From: Oceanispirochaeta sp.
GTDB taxonomy: Bacteria > Spirochaetota > Spirochaetia > DSM-2461
DNA length: 64,000 bases
Reading direction: 5' to 3'
Assembly: GCA_963666275.2 (NCBI GenBank)
Contig: CAXXOA010000002.1
Coordinates: 544,001-608,000, forward strand
The notes below the pieces were generated by a model, which saw only the letters and a program-made list of their open reading frames with translations, was not told the origin of the DNA and did not search any database. Shown in pieces: positions 28,169 through 36,915 of the stretch; the stretch's first letter is position 1, and each line of letters opens with the position of its first letter. Position numbers and translations under genes: made by a program.

Positions 28169-29539
28169 TTAATCACAATACTCTGACAGGGGGTACAGGG
28201 GCTGATAGCTTGTTGAGACAAACTGTTCCTCCTGCTCTCCATTGCCCAAGCCGGCAAGATTTTTTTTCATGGCAAGATATTCACGGGGGGTTAAAAGAGT
28301 TTTGTTCAGGGTTCGGATAATAAAATCCTGATTCTTTGCCAGGTCATTCACATAACCGGGATCCGGAACTTTCCAGCCTTTCCCGTAGTACCCTTCCAGA
28401 AGGACTTCGGGGACACGGGGAATATCAATATCCACACCCCGCAGCGTTACAGTCTGAACAGGGAGAAAATCTTCCCGCTTTCCCGGAATGCAGGCCTGGA
28501 GATGGGCCCACATATTGCCTGAGTTGAACCAGACAGGACGTAAGTCCAGATGTATCTTGTGGTCGAATCCTTTTTCTGTCTGAATTCGAAAGAGTTTGCC
28601 CCGTCTGTTGAAGCTCACAATAAATCCGGCTTTGATAAGCTTCATGACAATTTCTTTCGTCTCTTTTTTTACATCCCCAGGACGTGTGGAACTGACAATA
28701 TATCCGGCATCGAAATCGTCATCCCCTTTGATGAAATCACCTTCTCTATAAATTCCGAGAAGGGTTCCATACATGGCAAAAAGCGGCATCTGCAGCTCGG
28801 ATTCAAAGAACTCTCTTACCCTGGTGTATAAGGCCAGATAGGCATTCTGCCGCTCTCTCACTGTCTCTTCCGGATCAGTGATCTGGCCTTTTTTGGTTAT
28901 GGCTGAGCCGTTTTCCATCAGGTGAAAAAGAGTATCCTGGCCATGGGGCAGTTCAATTATCGCTTTTTCCGAGCTTTTATAGAGAAGGTTTGTCTCACTT
29001 TCAACAGTCTGTATTGTGAGCTCTGACTTCAGGGGCAAGGTTTCAATAACCTGTCGGCTCAGGTTTATTTTGAACATCCTGTATCCGCCACCGCTCTGAC
29101 AGTTCAGACGTCGGATCTTCTTTCCTGAGAGAATCAGATCGACAGATATGCTTTCTTTATCTGTAACAAACCCTTCAATTACCATGGCGTTGAACTGAAA
29201 AAATATGTTGAACGTTCCTGCATATTCCTCTTTCCTTCCGTTTATGATTTCTCCGGGAAGAATCTGTGAGAGAAAGAGGGGATCCTCCACCCGTTTCTTC
29301 CCTTTTTTATAGAAGGCTTTCTCCAGCTCAAAGGGAAATCTCTGATAGAGACTGTTGACGATCTTCCAGGACCATATCCGGTTTGCCGGAAAAAATGATC
29401 TGTTGAAACAGAATTTGGCCAATTTTATCAGGTTTTCCGCAAAGGAAGGACAAATCAGAATAATATCTGCCAGTTTAAAAAGCAGAAGCCGGACCCCTCT
29501 TGCGGTCCTGAATTTTATCTTTTTCAGCAGTTTTTTCAT
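28169..29539 (-). CDS. LicD/fukutin-family phosphotransferase with a long N-terminal extension (paralogue of 25149-26555)
   Basis: YGTLLGIYREGDFIKGDDDFDAGY, IHLDLRPVW, LEGYYGKGWKVPDP. Confidence 0.75.
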   Translation of the reverse strand: MKKLLKKIKFRTARGVRLLLFKLADIILICPSFAENLIKLAKFCFNRSFFPANRIWSWKIVNSLYQRFPFELEKAFYKKGKKRVEDPLFLSQILPGEIINGRKEEYAGTFNIFFQFNAMVIEGFVTDKESISVDLILSGKKIRRLNCQSGGGYRMFKINLSRQVIETLPLKSELTIQTVESETNLLYKSSEKAIIELPHGQDTLFHLMENGSAITKKGQITDPEETVRERQNAYLALYTRVREFFESELQMPLFAMYGTLLGIYREGDFIKGDDDFDAGYIVSSTRPGDVKKETKEIVMKLIKAGFIVSFNRRGKLFRIQTEKGFDHKIHLDLRPVWFNSGNMWAHLQACIPGKREDFLPVQTVTLRGVDIDIPRVPEVLLEGYYGKGWKVPDPGYVNDLAKNQDFIIRTLNKTLLTPREYLAMKKNLAGLGNGEQEEQFVSTSYQPLYPLSEYCD

Positions 29540-29548
29540 AAATCATTC

Positions 29549-30226
29549 CTATAAGTTTCTGACAATGGATTTATCATCGGAGATGTTATCATACTCTTTC
29601 TGAGGCGTCATCCAGTCTCCGTACCGGTATCTGAGGTAACCATCGTAATCTTCCGGGATGGAAAGGGACATACCCTCAAAATCTGTTTTTATTAAATGAT
29701 CTGTGAATTCGGCTGGAGTGGATTTTAAAGCCTTGTTCCGGATGGACCAGAACATAGCATTTTCATGCCGTACTTTTACAAAAAGATCGACCTGGACAAA
29801 TCCCGGTAAAATGAACAATCTTCGGCTCTGTATCTTTATCAGCCGGATCTCTCCCTCTTTCAGAGGGGCAGAGTCTTCTTTATTCCTGACAAATTCGACC
29901 CTGTATCCGTATCGGTACCGGAACTTTTTTATTTTTTTTACAATCTTTCCAAGGTCTTCCGCCTTCATGGAAAGATCAACATCATGGTCCCAGGGAAGAA
30001 GCCTTTTTTCTCTCATGACACCAATGAGGGTTCCCCCTTCCAGCCAGTAGTCTACTTCATTCTTATCAAGAAACTCCGTGACCATTCCGGTGAGTTTAAG
30101 TGTCTTTTCCAGAAGCCTGCCTTCAAGGGGTTTCCGTGTCAGTCTGAGCCAGGCGGCAGCCAGTTTATGGGGAAAACTGACACTCCGATCATCAAGCCTG
30201 GCTTCTCTCCATATTTGAACAATCAT
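29549..30226 (-). CDS. LicD-family phosphotransferase
   Basis: YWLEGGTLIG..RE..LLPWDHDVDL, VDLF, YL...YGDWMTP. Confidence 0.88.
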   Translation of the reverse strand: MIVQIWREARLDDRSVSFPHKLAAAWLRLTRKPLEGRLLEKTLKLTGMVTEFLDKNEVDYWLEGGTLIGVMREKRLLPWDHDVDLSMKAEDLGKIVKKIKKFRYRYGYRVEFVRNKEDSAPLKEGEIRLIKIQSRRLFILPGFVQVDLFVKVRHENAMFWSIRNKALKSTPAEFTDHLIKTDFEGMSLSIPEDYDGYLRYRYGDWMTPQKEYDNISDDKSIVRNL

Positions 30227-31434
30227 GAGATCTTTCCTTTTTCCCTGAGAAGGGCAACGATTTTTTCCGCATTCAGACGACAGTTATCGCGACTGACCGG
30301 ATTGAACCATCTGTTCATTTTCACTCTCTCTTCAACATAGTAGGAGGAGTCAGAAAGGAGCCTTCCGATTTCACTGATGAACTCACTCTGTGTCAGTATC
30401 TTCGGTCCGGGAGTATACTCTTCAAAGGGGACGGAAAAGCCTATTTTTTCCGCATACTCCTCAAGATCATAGGGAAGGAATGCCATAGGTTTTTCTGTTA
30501 TAAGCCAGTCTATGAACATACTGGAATAATCTGTTACAAGCAGATCGAAGACAGTGAGTACTTCCATTATTTCGGGGACTTTAGAAGCATCCAGCATTCT
30601 TATCCTTTTTATCTTCTGAATTTCGGGAGGCAGCAATCCTGCATAGGAGGGATGGGGACGGAGAAAAATGACTATTTTGTTCTCTTCCAGGAAGGCTTCC
30701 AGTGTCTGTGGATCCAGGTCGTCAAAGGGAAAGAATTTCAGCTCCGCATAGGCTCTCCAGGTGGGGGCATACAGGACGCTCTTGCGGCATTCAGGAAGCT
30801 CCGGATCCACTTTTTTGATGAGATCAAGGGACTTCTCAATGTGCATAAGATCGTTTCGGGGCAGGCCGTTCACAACAATTTTTGATTCCGGGACATCAAT
30901 ATATCCGGCCATCACAGGGATAAAGGCTTCGTTATTGGAGAGCAGATAGGAGAAGTTGGTTTTAATAAGCTGAATATAGATCTTCTTTACAAGACTCATC
31001 TGGTTTTCATTGTTCCCGAAGTGCTTGAAAGGAACTCCATGACCAACATGATAGACAAGCCGGCGGAAGGAAAGGAAGAGTCCTGAGACAGGGGTTTCCA
31101 GAGTGGACGGGACCCAGACTCCGGCTTTCAGGGCGTGAAACTTTCCTTTCAGTGAATTTGTCTCTATAAAATGGGGACCATACTCATGGACCAGTGATTT
31201 CCGTAATTCTTCATCATTGATAACAAATTCCACTTTCCAGTCCTTATAATTTTTAAGAAAGTACAGGAAAAGATAACGGGAATTAAACTGAAATTTTGTG
31301 GTGTAGGAAGAACAGAACACAATATGTTTGTAGTCTCTACTGCTGAAAAGGGTCAGAAAAGAGGGTAGCAGACCTTTTAATATCAATAGGAATCTGAACA
31401 AATTGTATTTTTTCTGCTTTGAATTCTCTGCCAT
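30223..31434 (-). CDS. CDP-glycerol:glycerophosphate transferase, TagB/TagF family
   Basis: HGVPFK, GLPRND, LYAPTWR, RPHP, LVTDYSS motifs. Confidence 0.9.
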   Translation of the reverse strand: MAENSKQKKYNLFRFLLILKGLLPSFLTLFSSRDYKHIVFCSSYTTKFQFNSRYLFLYFLKNYKDWKVEFVINDEELRKSLVHEYGPHFIETNSLKGKFHALKAGVWVPSTLETPVSGLFLSFRRLVYHVGHGVPFKHFGNNENQMSLVKKIYIQLIKTNFSYLLSNNEAFIPVMAGYIDVPESKIVVNGLPRNDLMHIEKSLDLIKKVDPELPECRKSVLYAPTWRAYAELKFFPFDDLDPQTLEAFLEENKIVIFLRPHPSYAGLLPPEIQKIKRIRMLDASKVPEIMEVLTVFDLLVTDYSSMFIDWLITEKPMAFLPYDLEEYAEKIGFSVPFEEYTPGPKILTQSEFISEIGRLLSDSSYYVEERVKMNRWFNPVSRDNCRLNAEKIVALLREKGKIS

Positions 31435-31633
31435 GGATTTTTCCTCAATTTAATTATTGGATTTTCTAGGTCATTCCGGAAACTTTACCTCAACGTAGGC
31501 TGAAGTTTGAAACATTGCCGGTCCTCTTTAGAAAGACAGGCAAAGAACATGGGTGAAAAAGAGAGTCGTATCGGATTGTTGGTATCTTAGAATTACCTTC
31601 CGGCGGGCTGTCTTTCCGGAGCAATATGCAATG

Positions 31634-32020
31634 CTATTTTTTAAGGTCATTCTTTATTTGAGTTGTTGATATCCCGTTCGTTCTGGGTAGGTAAATAACT
31701 TCGCAAAGTTCAGACAGAAAGTCGAACTCTCCTTTCCAGTCATCGCCTATAACAAAAATATCCACCTGATATTTTTTTATGTCATCAACCTTCTGCTCCC
31801 ATGATTTCTCGGGAATAACAAGATCTACATACCTTATGGATTCCAGTACCAGTTTCCTTTCCTCATAAGTGTTATAGGATTCTTTATGTTTTATTCTGTT
31901 GAAGTTGTCATCCGAGAGAGCCACAATCAGGTAATCTCCCATCTCTCTTGCTCTTTTCAGGAGGTTGACGTGGCCCCAGTGAAGAAGGTCATAAGTTCCG
32001 TAGGTTATAACTCTTTTCAT
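31634..32020 (-). CDS. tagD: Glycerol-3-phosphate cytidylyltransferase
   Basis: VITYGTYDLLHWGH and YLPRTNGISTT, closely matching Bacillus TagD as recalled. Confidence 0.93.
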   Translation of the reverse strand: MKRVITYGTYDLLHWGHVNLLKRAREMGDYLIVALSDDNFNRIKHKESYNTYEERKLVLESIRYVDLVIPEKSWEQKVDDIKKYQVDIFVIGDDWKGEFDFLSELCEVIYLPRTNGISTTQIKNDLKK

Positions 32021-32445
32021 ATATGTTTTTCATACATTTTATCAAGGATGGTTCTCAGCTTCGTACTGGACGTCTGTTTTGTGTAGGGAAAGTAGTGTAT
32101 GGTCACGCCTTTTTCCGCGAAATCGGCTTCCAGCCTGTTCCACTTTTCAGAACCTTTCCAGTCATCCCCTACAAACATAATATTGAATTTAAGATTATTC
32201 CAGGCTTCCCATTTATCATAGGAAGTCTGCGGGACAACCATATCGACATACTGAATACTTTCTACTATAGCCATTCTCTCCTGGAACGGAATGACAGGAG
32301 TTTTTCCCTTTTCATTCTGTGAGAGTTCATCTGTTGTTACACCAACTATGAGGTAGTCGCATTCCAGTTTCGCGTTCCGCAGTATATTCAAGTGTCCTAT
32401 GTGAAATAAATCAAAAACCCCGGTGGTATAACCAATTTTGACCAC
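32017..32445 (-). CDS. Second cytidylyltransferase, TagD-like, different subfamily
   Basis: GYTTGVFDLFHIGH, GDDW, YTKQTSST; GTG start. Confidence 0.88.
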   Translation of the reverse strand: MVKIGYTTGVFDLFHIGHLNILRNAKLECDYLIVGVTTDELSQNEKGKTPVIPFQERMAIVESIQYVDMVVPQTSYDKWEAWNNLKFNIMFVGDDWKGSEKWNRLEADFAEKGVTIHYFPYTKQTSSTKLRTILDKMYEKHI

Positions 32446-32653
32446 AATAATCTCCCAGTGTAAATTTCTGACATTATATCTTCAAAGCATCAATATTTCA
32501 ATTCATAATGCCTTTGTTTCCAATCATATATTCAAGAACTAAGACTCTTTACAGATAAAAGAGTTACATGGTTTTCTCTTTCCACTTTTAAAGTTTCCAG
32601 TCGCCAATCCCCATGTCTTAGAGGTCTGCCTCAGGCATTCCGGTACATTATTA

Positions 32654-34045
32654 TTAAAAGAGCACCCGTCTGTAACCAAGACCAATCGAAAAATCAAAGT
32701 CATCTTTCTGAATATCAAATCCCAGTTTCCCCAGCAGAGCGTCCCTGCTTGAAAGAGTCCATTCGGCTTCGGTATCAATCATAACCGTATGGGTAACGGG
32801 ATCTTCCAGTCTGTACCAGTTCTCATAGGGGGCTTCATAGGCTATCTCAATTCCCTCTGCTCCCGCTATAAGCCATTCAAGGCTTGTTGTTAATGCCAGC
32901 GCCGGAGCAGTCCATTGGGCAGATAGCTTTGATGTTACCGTATCCGGGCCGTAAAGGGCGCCATAGAAGGTATTCATTGTTTCCCTCTCATACTCCCAGG
33001 AGTAGTACATGGGGTTGGTAAACTTTCCTGATTCGGATTCCCTGTTATAAAGGTATTTGCTCGCCCACATCCAGTCAAAACTGATTCTCAGCCTGGCAGG
33101 AGGCTGTTCCATTGCGCCGATACGGATCATATGGGCATAGGAGCTGCTTTGCCTTTCGGAAACATCCCTTCCCGGTCTGCCCCTGCCCCAGGACGCTCCT
33201 CCTGTCAGTCCCATAGCATTCGGGTTACTGTCGGAAGCTTCAATACTCATATTGTAGTCATCCATTATGAGTGATCCGTAGATCTGCAGTGATGAAACTG
33301 GCATATAGACGTAATAGAGTTCATCCATCACATTCTGGTAGTCCTGATAGTACCCGTGATAGAAGGTGATAAAACCCATATCCTGAATCATGGGAACCTG
33401 CTCATAGATGAGATTGTATTCTGTTATTCCGAAGAGAAATTTCTCCGTTTTCCAGTTAAAGCTGTGAGCAAAAAGAGATTTGTATTCGGTATCTGCCATT
33501 TTTTCCATGGCTTTCCTGTCTGATGTGATTCCTGTAAAAAAATAGGATAATTCTCCTTTGTTCATAAAGAAGGTTTTACTCAGTGCCAGGTGGTCGAAGT
33601 AGGGGGCCGTCCCAGAAAGACCCAGGGCATAATCTCCCGGTCCTATCTGGATCTTTCGCCTTCCTCCGGAGAGATTAAGACCATCCTTCTCCCACTCCAA
33701 ATAACCTACATTGGGAATATTGGGGTCCGTATAGATATTGCCGCTGCGGCTTATATAGGGAAGGTTGGTATAAGGCTGATGGTGCAGATCAACCATCAGG
33801 TCAGTATGAAGATCCATCTGGGTAAATGCTCTGAAGTTATCCTGATGGAGATCCAGGTTGAACATGAGAAAAGAAGGGGTGTCATACCACTCATAAAGCT
33901 GGTTTAACGAAGGGAGAGTCTGATCGCTGTTATACCCGCTGTTAAAGGTGAATAAGGGTGTTACCTCTCCGTTAAACGTGGATTCCGCTCCGGCTGTCAA
34001 GGCAAGGAACGGTAAGAGCAGCAGTAGGGAAACTGTTTTTTTCAT
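32654..34045 (-). CDS. Exported protein, probable Wzi-like outer-membrane beta-barrel
   Basis: Signal peptide; GRRKIQIGPG...L.LS..AP motif, G..YGPD, C-terminal aromatic residue (GYRRVLF). Confidence 0.6.
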   Translation of the reverse strand: MKKTVSLLLLLPFLALTAGAESTFNGEVTPLFTFNSGYNSDQTLPSLNQLYEWYDTPSFLMFNLDLHQDNFRAFTQMDLHTDLMVDLHHQPYTNLPYISRSGNIYTDPNIPNVGYLEWEKDGLNLSGGRRKIQIGPGDYALGLSGTAPYFDHLALSKTFFMNKGELSYFFTGITSDRKAMEKMADTEYKSLFAHSFNWKTEKFLFGITEYNLIYEQVPMIQDMGFITFYHGYYQDYQNVMDELYYVYMPVSSLQIYGSLIMDDYNMSIEASDSNPNAMGLTGGASWGRGRPGRDVSERQSSSYAHMIRIGAMEQPPARLRISFDWMWASKYLYNRESESGKFTNPMYYSWEYERETMNTFYGALYGPDTVTSKLSAQWTAPALALTTSLEWLIAGAEGIEIAYEAPYENWYRLEDPVTHTVMIDTEAEWTLSSRDALLGKLGFDIQKDDFDFSIGLGYRRVLF

Positions 34046-34047
34046 TG

Positions 34048-35721
34048 TCAGTAGTAAAACTCCGCACCTATGCTGAATATATTATTTGTGTAGGATTCCC
34101 ATTTAAGATCAGAGGTTTCCCTGATTTCCCCGAAGACAAGAGCATATCCGCCGTTCAGTGTGACAGGCAGATCCGGAATATCCCAACGGCAATCCAGGGA
34201 AAGAGTATTGACCGATTCAATCAGATGGCCTCCATGGTCTTTAGTATCATATCCGCCCTCTTCGTAGAGGTCATAGTCTATAGAGTCTTTAATAGAGGTT
34301 CCGTATTGATCGCTATGGGTAATGAAGCTGTAGGTCAGGTCAATCAGAAAATTGCTGAACGCCGCTGTTCTGGCTGTAATGAGCAGTTCATGGCTGTCCG
34401 GAGGAAGATGGTATCCCAGATTTTCTCCCTTGTTGGCATAGTAGGTGAGCATCCGGGTTTTTTCCTCCGCATTGTAATAATCTGTGTAGCTGGGGTACTT
34501 CTGAGCATAATGGGTGTAGAAAAAGGGTTCCAGTCGGGTGTACTGAATATTGAGTGTTGTGAAGGGAAGTCCCGGCACAACACCTTTCACACCTCCCTGA
34601 AGGGCAAAGATATTCCGGACTTCGCTGAACCATTTATCATAGGTCCAGTAACGCATTTCATCTGCTGTATAGCTGCCATAGAGCTGATATCCTTCCAGAA
34701 AGTTCCAGGCCAGTTCCAGGCCCAGATACATGTTGTCATAATTCCCCAGGGTATTCTGATAGACAATGTCATTCATGAAAGGATTCATATAACCCAGTTC
34801 AAACCTTTTAACCCATATAACACTCTGATTGATAGAAAAGTCTATACCGTAGGGGAAGTGAAACTCCATCCGATTGCTGGTGAGCATATTCTGAAAAGTA
34901 TCGTCTTCCTCCCAGTCCGTCAGTGTTCCGGTCAGGAAAACATAACTGAAACTGTCGGTAAAATTGAAGGTTCCTTCAATAGCATCAAAAGAGCGGGCAT
35001 TCTCTGAAATCAGGATATTTCCTTCTGCAGGACCCCAGTCTCTTTCTATCATTCCCCAGCGGAGAAAAATCCTGTTGTTCAGAAGGGAAAGGGCCATCTC
35101 GGGGGAGGTATTGTAACTGGACGAATGGCTGTTGTTCTCTCCGTCAGAGTACCCGATAGGGGAATCCTCATTATAGCTGATGTAAAAACCTTCCCCCGGG
35201 GTGCTGTAGGTATAGGGTGCCCAGGCCACAGAACTCAGCTTATCGTATCTCAGACCTGCATCCATACGATAGGAAAAATGGTCTGTCAGGTTTCCCTGAA
35301 AAAGCATATTGAGAACATTGCGCTGATCATAGTTTTCCGGATCTTCGCTGGAGACATTCAGTGACGTGGCAAAGGATGCTCCCAGTTCAAAATCTGAAAT
35401 CTCCGTACCTTTCAGCGGTAGACGGCCGGTTTTTAAAATGTTCTGATCCTTTTCGGGTCTTAATTCAGAAAGGTACTCTCTGATGAGAGCGCTCTCTCTG
35501 GGAGAGTCGGTATTTTCCAGCATCGTATAAAGCATATCTACGACCTGAGCATTGGAATAGGGTTTGGCATAGCTTACAGAAGGAAAAAGGCCGCGGAGCT
35601 TTCCGGCATCCAGAAGCTGGTAAACAGGACTGTCCAGGGGGACAGAGAGCTGATTGGGAGTGGCTGATATTCCTGATAATATCAGGAATAGGAAAAGTAT
35701 CTGTAAAAATCTAAGTTTCAT
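34048..35721 (-). CDS. Capsule-assembly Wzi-like outer-membrane protein
   Basis: Signal peptide from ATG 35721; Y..L......G...PY helical cap, RDWGP...ILIS.NA, NLGY.L.PDS, ends GAEFYY. Confidence 0.72.
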   Translation of the reverse strand: MKLRFLQILFLFLILSGISATPNQLSVPLDSPVYQLLDAGKLRGLFPSVSYAKPYSNAQVVDMLYTMLENTDSPRESALIREYLSELRPEKDQNILKTGRLPLKGTEISDFELGASFATSLNVSSEDPENYDQRNVLNMLFQGNLTDHFSYRMDAGLRYDKLSSVAWAPYTYSTPGEGFYISYNEDSPIGYSDGENNSHSSSYNTSPEMALSLLNNRIFLRWGMIERDWGPAEGNILISENARSFDAIEGTFNFTDSFSYVFLTGTLTDWEEDDTFQNMLTSNRMEFHFPYGIDFSINQSVIWVKRFELGYMNPFMNDIVYQNTLGNYDNMYLGLELAWNFLEGYQLYGSYTADEMRYWTYDKWFSEVRNIFALQGGVKGVVPGLPFTTLNIQYTRLEPFFYTHYAQKYPSYTDYYNAEEKTRMLTYYANKGENLGYHLPPDSHELLITARTAAFSNFLIDLTYSFITHSDQYGTSIKDSIDYDLYEEGGYDTKDHGGHLIESVNTLSLDCRWDIPDLPVTLNGGYALVFGEIRETSDLKWESYTNNIFSIGAEFYY

Positions 35722-35990
35722 GGAAAACTCCTGGCAGATTATTGATAGTAAATACGGGCAAATAATATGTGAGCCGTCAACTATGTATAACACTTAATTG
35801 AATACCAATAACTTTTAAAATTGGAAATTTAAATATTTACTGTAAATATGACCTTTTTTGAAGTTTTAGGAAAGTTAATAATACCACCTGGAGCGGGTTT
35901 CCGGATGAATTTTACTGGAACATTTTTCATAAAGAGGGAAAAGAGGATTCCTCCAGGGGGGATCCCTGTCTTCAAGGTGATTTATAAACA

Positions 35991-36019
35991 AAAAAAGAGG
36001 CCACAGGGACCCCTTTTTT
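35991..36019 (-). terminator. Intrinsic terminator downstream of tRNA-Leu
   Basis: Minus strand AAAAAAGGGGTC-CCTGT-GGCCTCTTTTTT: GC stem followed by a U tract. Confidence 0.7.
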
Positions 36020-36020
36020 A

Positions 36021-36104
36021 TACCGGCGATCGGACTCGAACCGATACAGGATTGCTCCCAGCAGATTTTGAGTCTGCCGTGTCTACCAATTTCACCACGC
36101 CGGC
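36021..36104 (-). tRNA. tRNA-Leu(CAA), CCA not encoded
   Basis: GCCGGCG acceptor stem, D loop GGTGAAATTGGTAGAC, anticodon arm GCAGA-CTCAAAA-TCTGC, long variable arm, T loop GGTTCGAGTCC. Confidence 0.97.
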
Positions 36105-36117
36105 AGATCATTTGAGA

Positions 36118-36146
36118 AAGATAGCCCAACAGGATTGGCTTGTCAA
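36118..36146 (-). promoter_or_regulatory. Sigma-70-type promoter of tRNA-Leu
   Basis: TTGACA-N17-TATCTT on the minus strand, 13 nt upstream of the tRNA 5' end. Confidence 0.7.
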
Positions 36147-36189
36147 GCCGAGATAATTGTGTAAAAATTTCCTGTGGAGGTAGGTTTCG

Positions 36190-36915
36190 ATGTTTCTTGC
36201 AGGCTCTTTTCTTTTCTGGCTTTTCTTTCTTGTGACAATAGTATTTATGTTCTTTCCGGCTCTGCTTATCTGGCTTCTAACGCTTCCCTTTGACAGGAAC
36301 AAGAGGATTCTTCATCAGTATTCCTGTTTCTGGGGGTCCCTTTATACATGGTTCAATCCCTTTTTAAAGCTCCAGATCCGGGGGCGGGAAAAGATAGAGA
36401 AGGGACAATCCTATGTTTTCTGCGCCAACCATCAGTCCATGATGGATATTGTCATTCTCTACAGACTTTTCCTGCATTTTAAATGGGTCTCCAAAAAAGA
36501 GATCTTCAAGGTCCCTTTTCTGGGGTGGAACATGCGCCTGAATAACTACCTCTCTCTGGATCGGGCCAGTCCCTCCAGTCAGATCAGAATGATGAAGCAG
36601 GGGGAACAGCTTCTGCGGAGAGGCAGCTCCCTCATGATTTTTCCCGAAGGAACCCGGTCAAAAGACGGAGCCCTTGGAAGATTCCGGGATGGGGCGTTTA
36701 TTCTGGCACAGAAAACAGACAGTCCTGTTGTTCCAGTTGTTCTGAAGGGCTCGGGAGATGTATTCCGGGATGGGGCTTTTTTCTATAAGAGGGTCTATTC
36801 CATGTCGATAGATCTGCTCGATCCTGTCTCTCCCCGGACTGAAGAGAGCCCTAAAGCTCTGGGACGTTCAGTCCGTAAAGAGATGCAGAAGGCCCTGGGT
36901 CAGTCATATGACTAG
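36190..36915 (+). CDS. plsC: 1-acyl-sn-glycerol-3-phosphate acyltransferase
   Basis: NHQSMMD (HX4D) and FPEGTRS motifs. Confidence 0.92.
   Translation: MFLAGSFLFWLFFLVTIVFMFFPALLIWLLTLPFDRNKRILHQYSCFWGSLYTWFNPFLKLQIRGREKIEKGQSYVFCANHQSMMDIVILYRLFLHFKWVSKKEIFKVPFLGWNMRLNNYLSLDRASPSSQIRMMKQGEQLLRRGSSLMIFPEGTRSKDGALGRFRDGAFILAQKTDSPVVPVVLKGSGDVFRDGAFFYKRVYSMSIDLLDPVSPRTEESPKALGRSVRKEMQKALGQSYD

Noticed and set aside
34045..35007. 320-aa plus-strand ORF
   Set aside because: Entirely antisense to the Wzi-like gene, with no recognisable motifs
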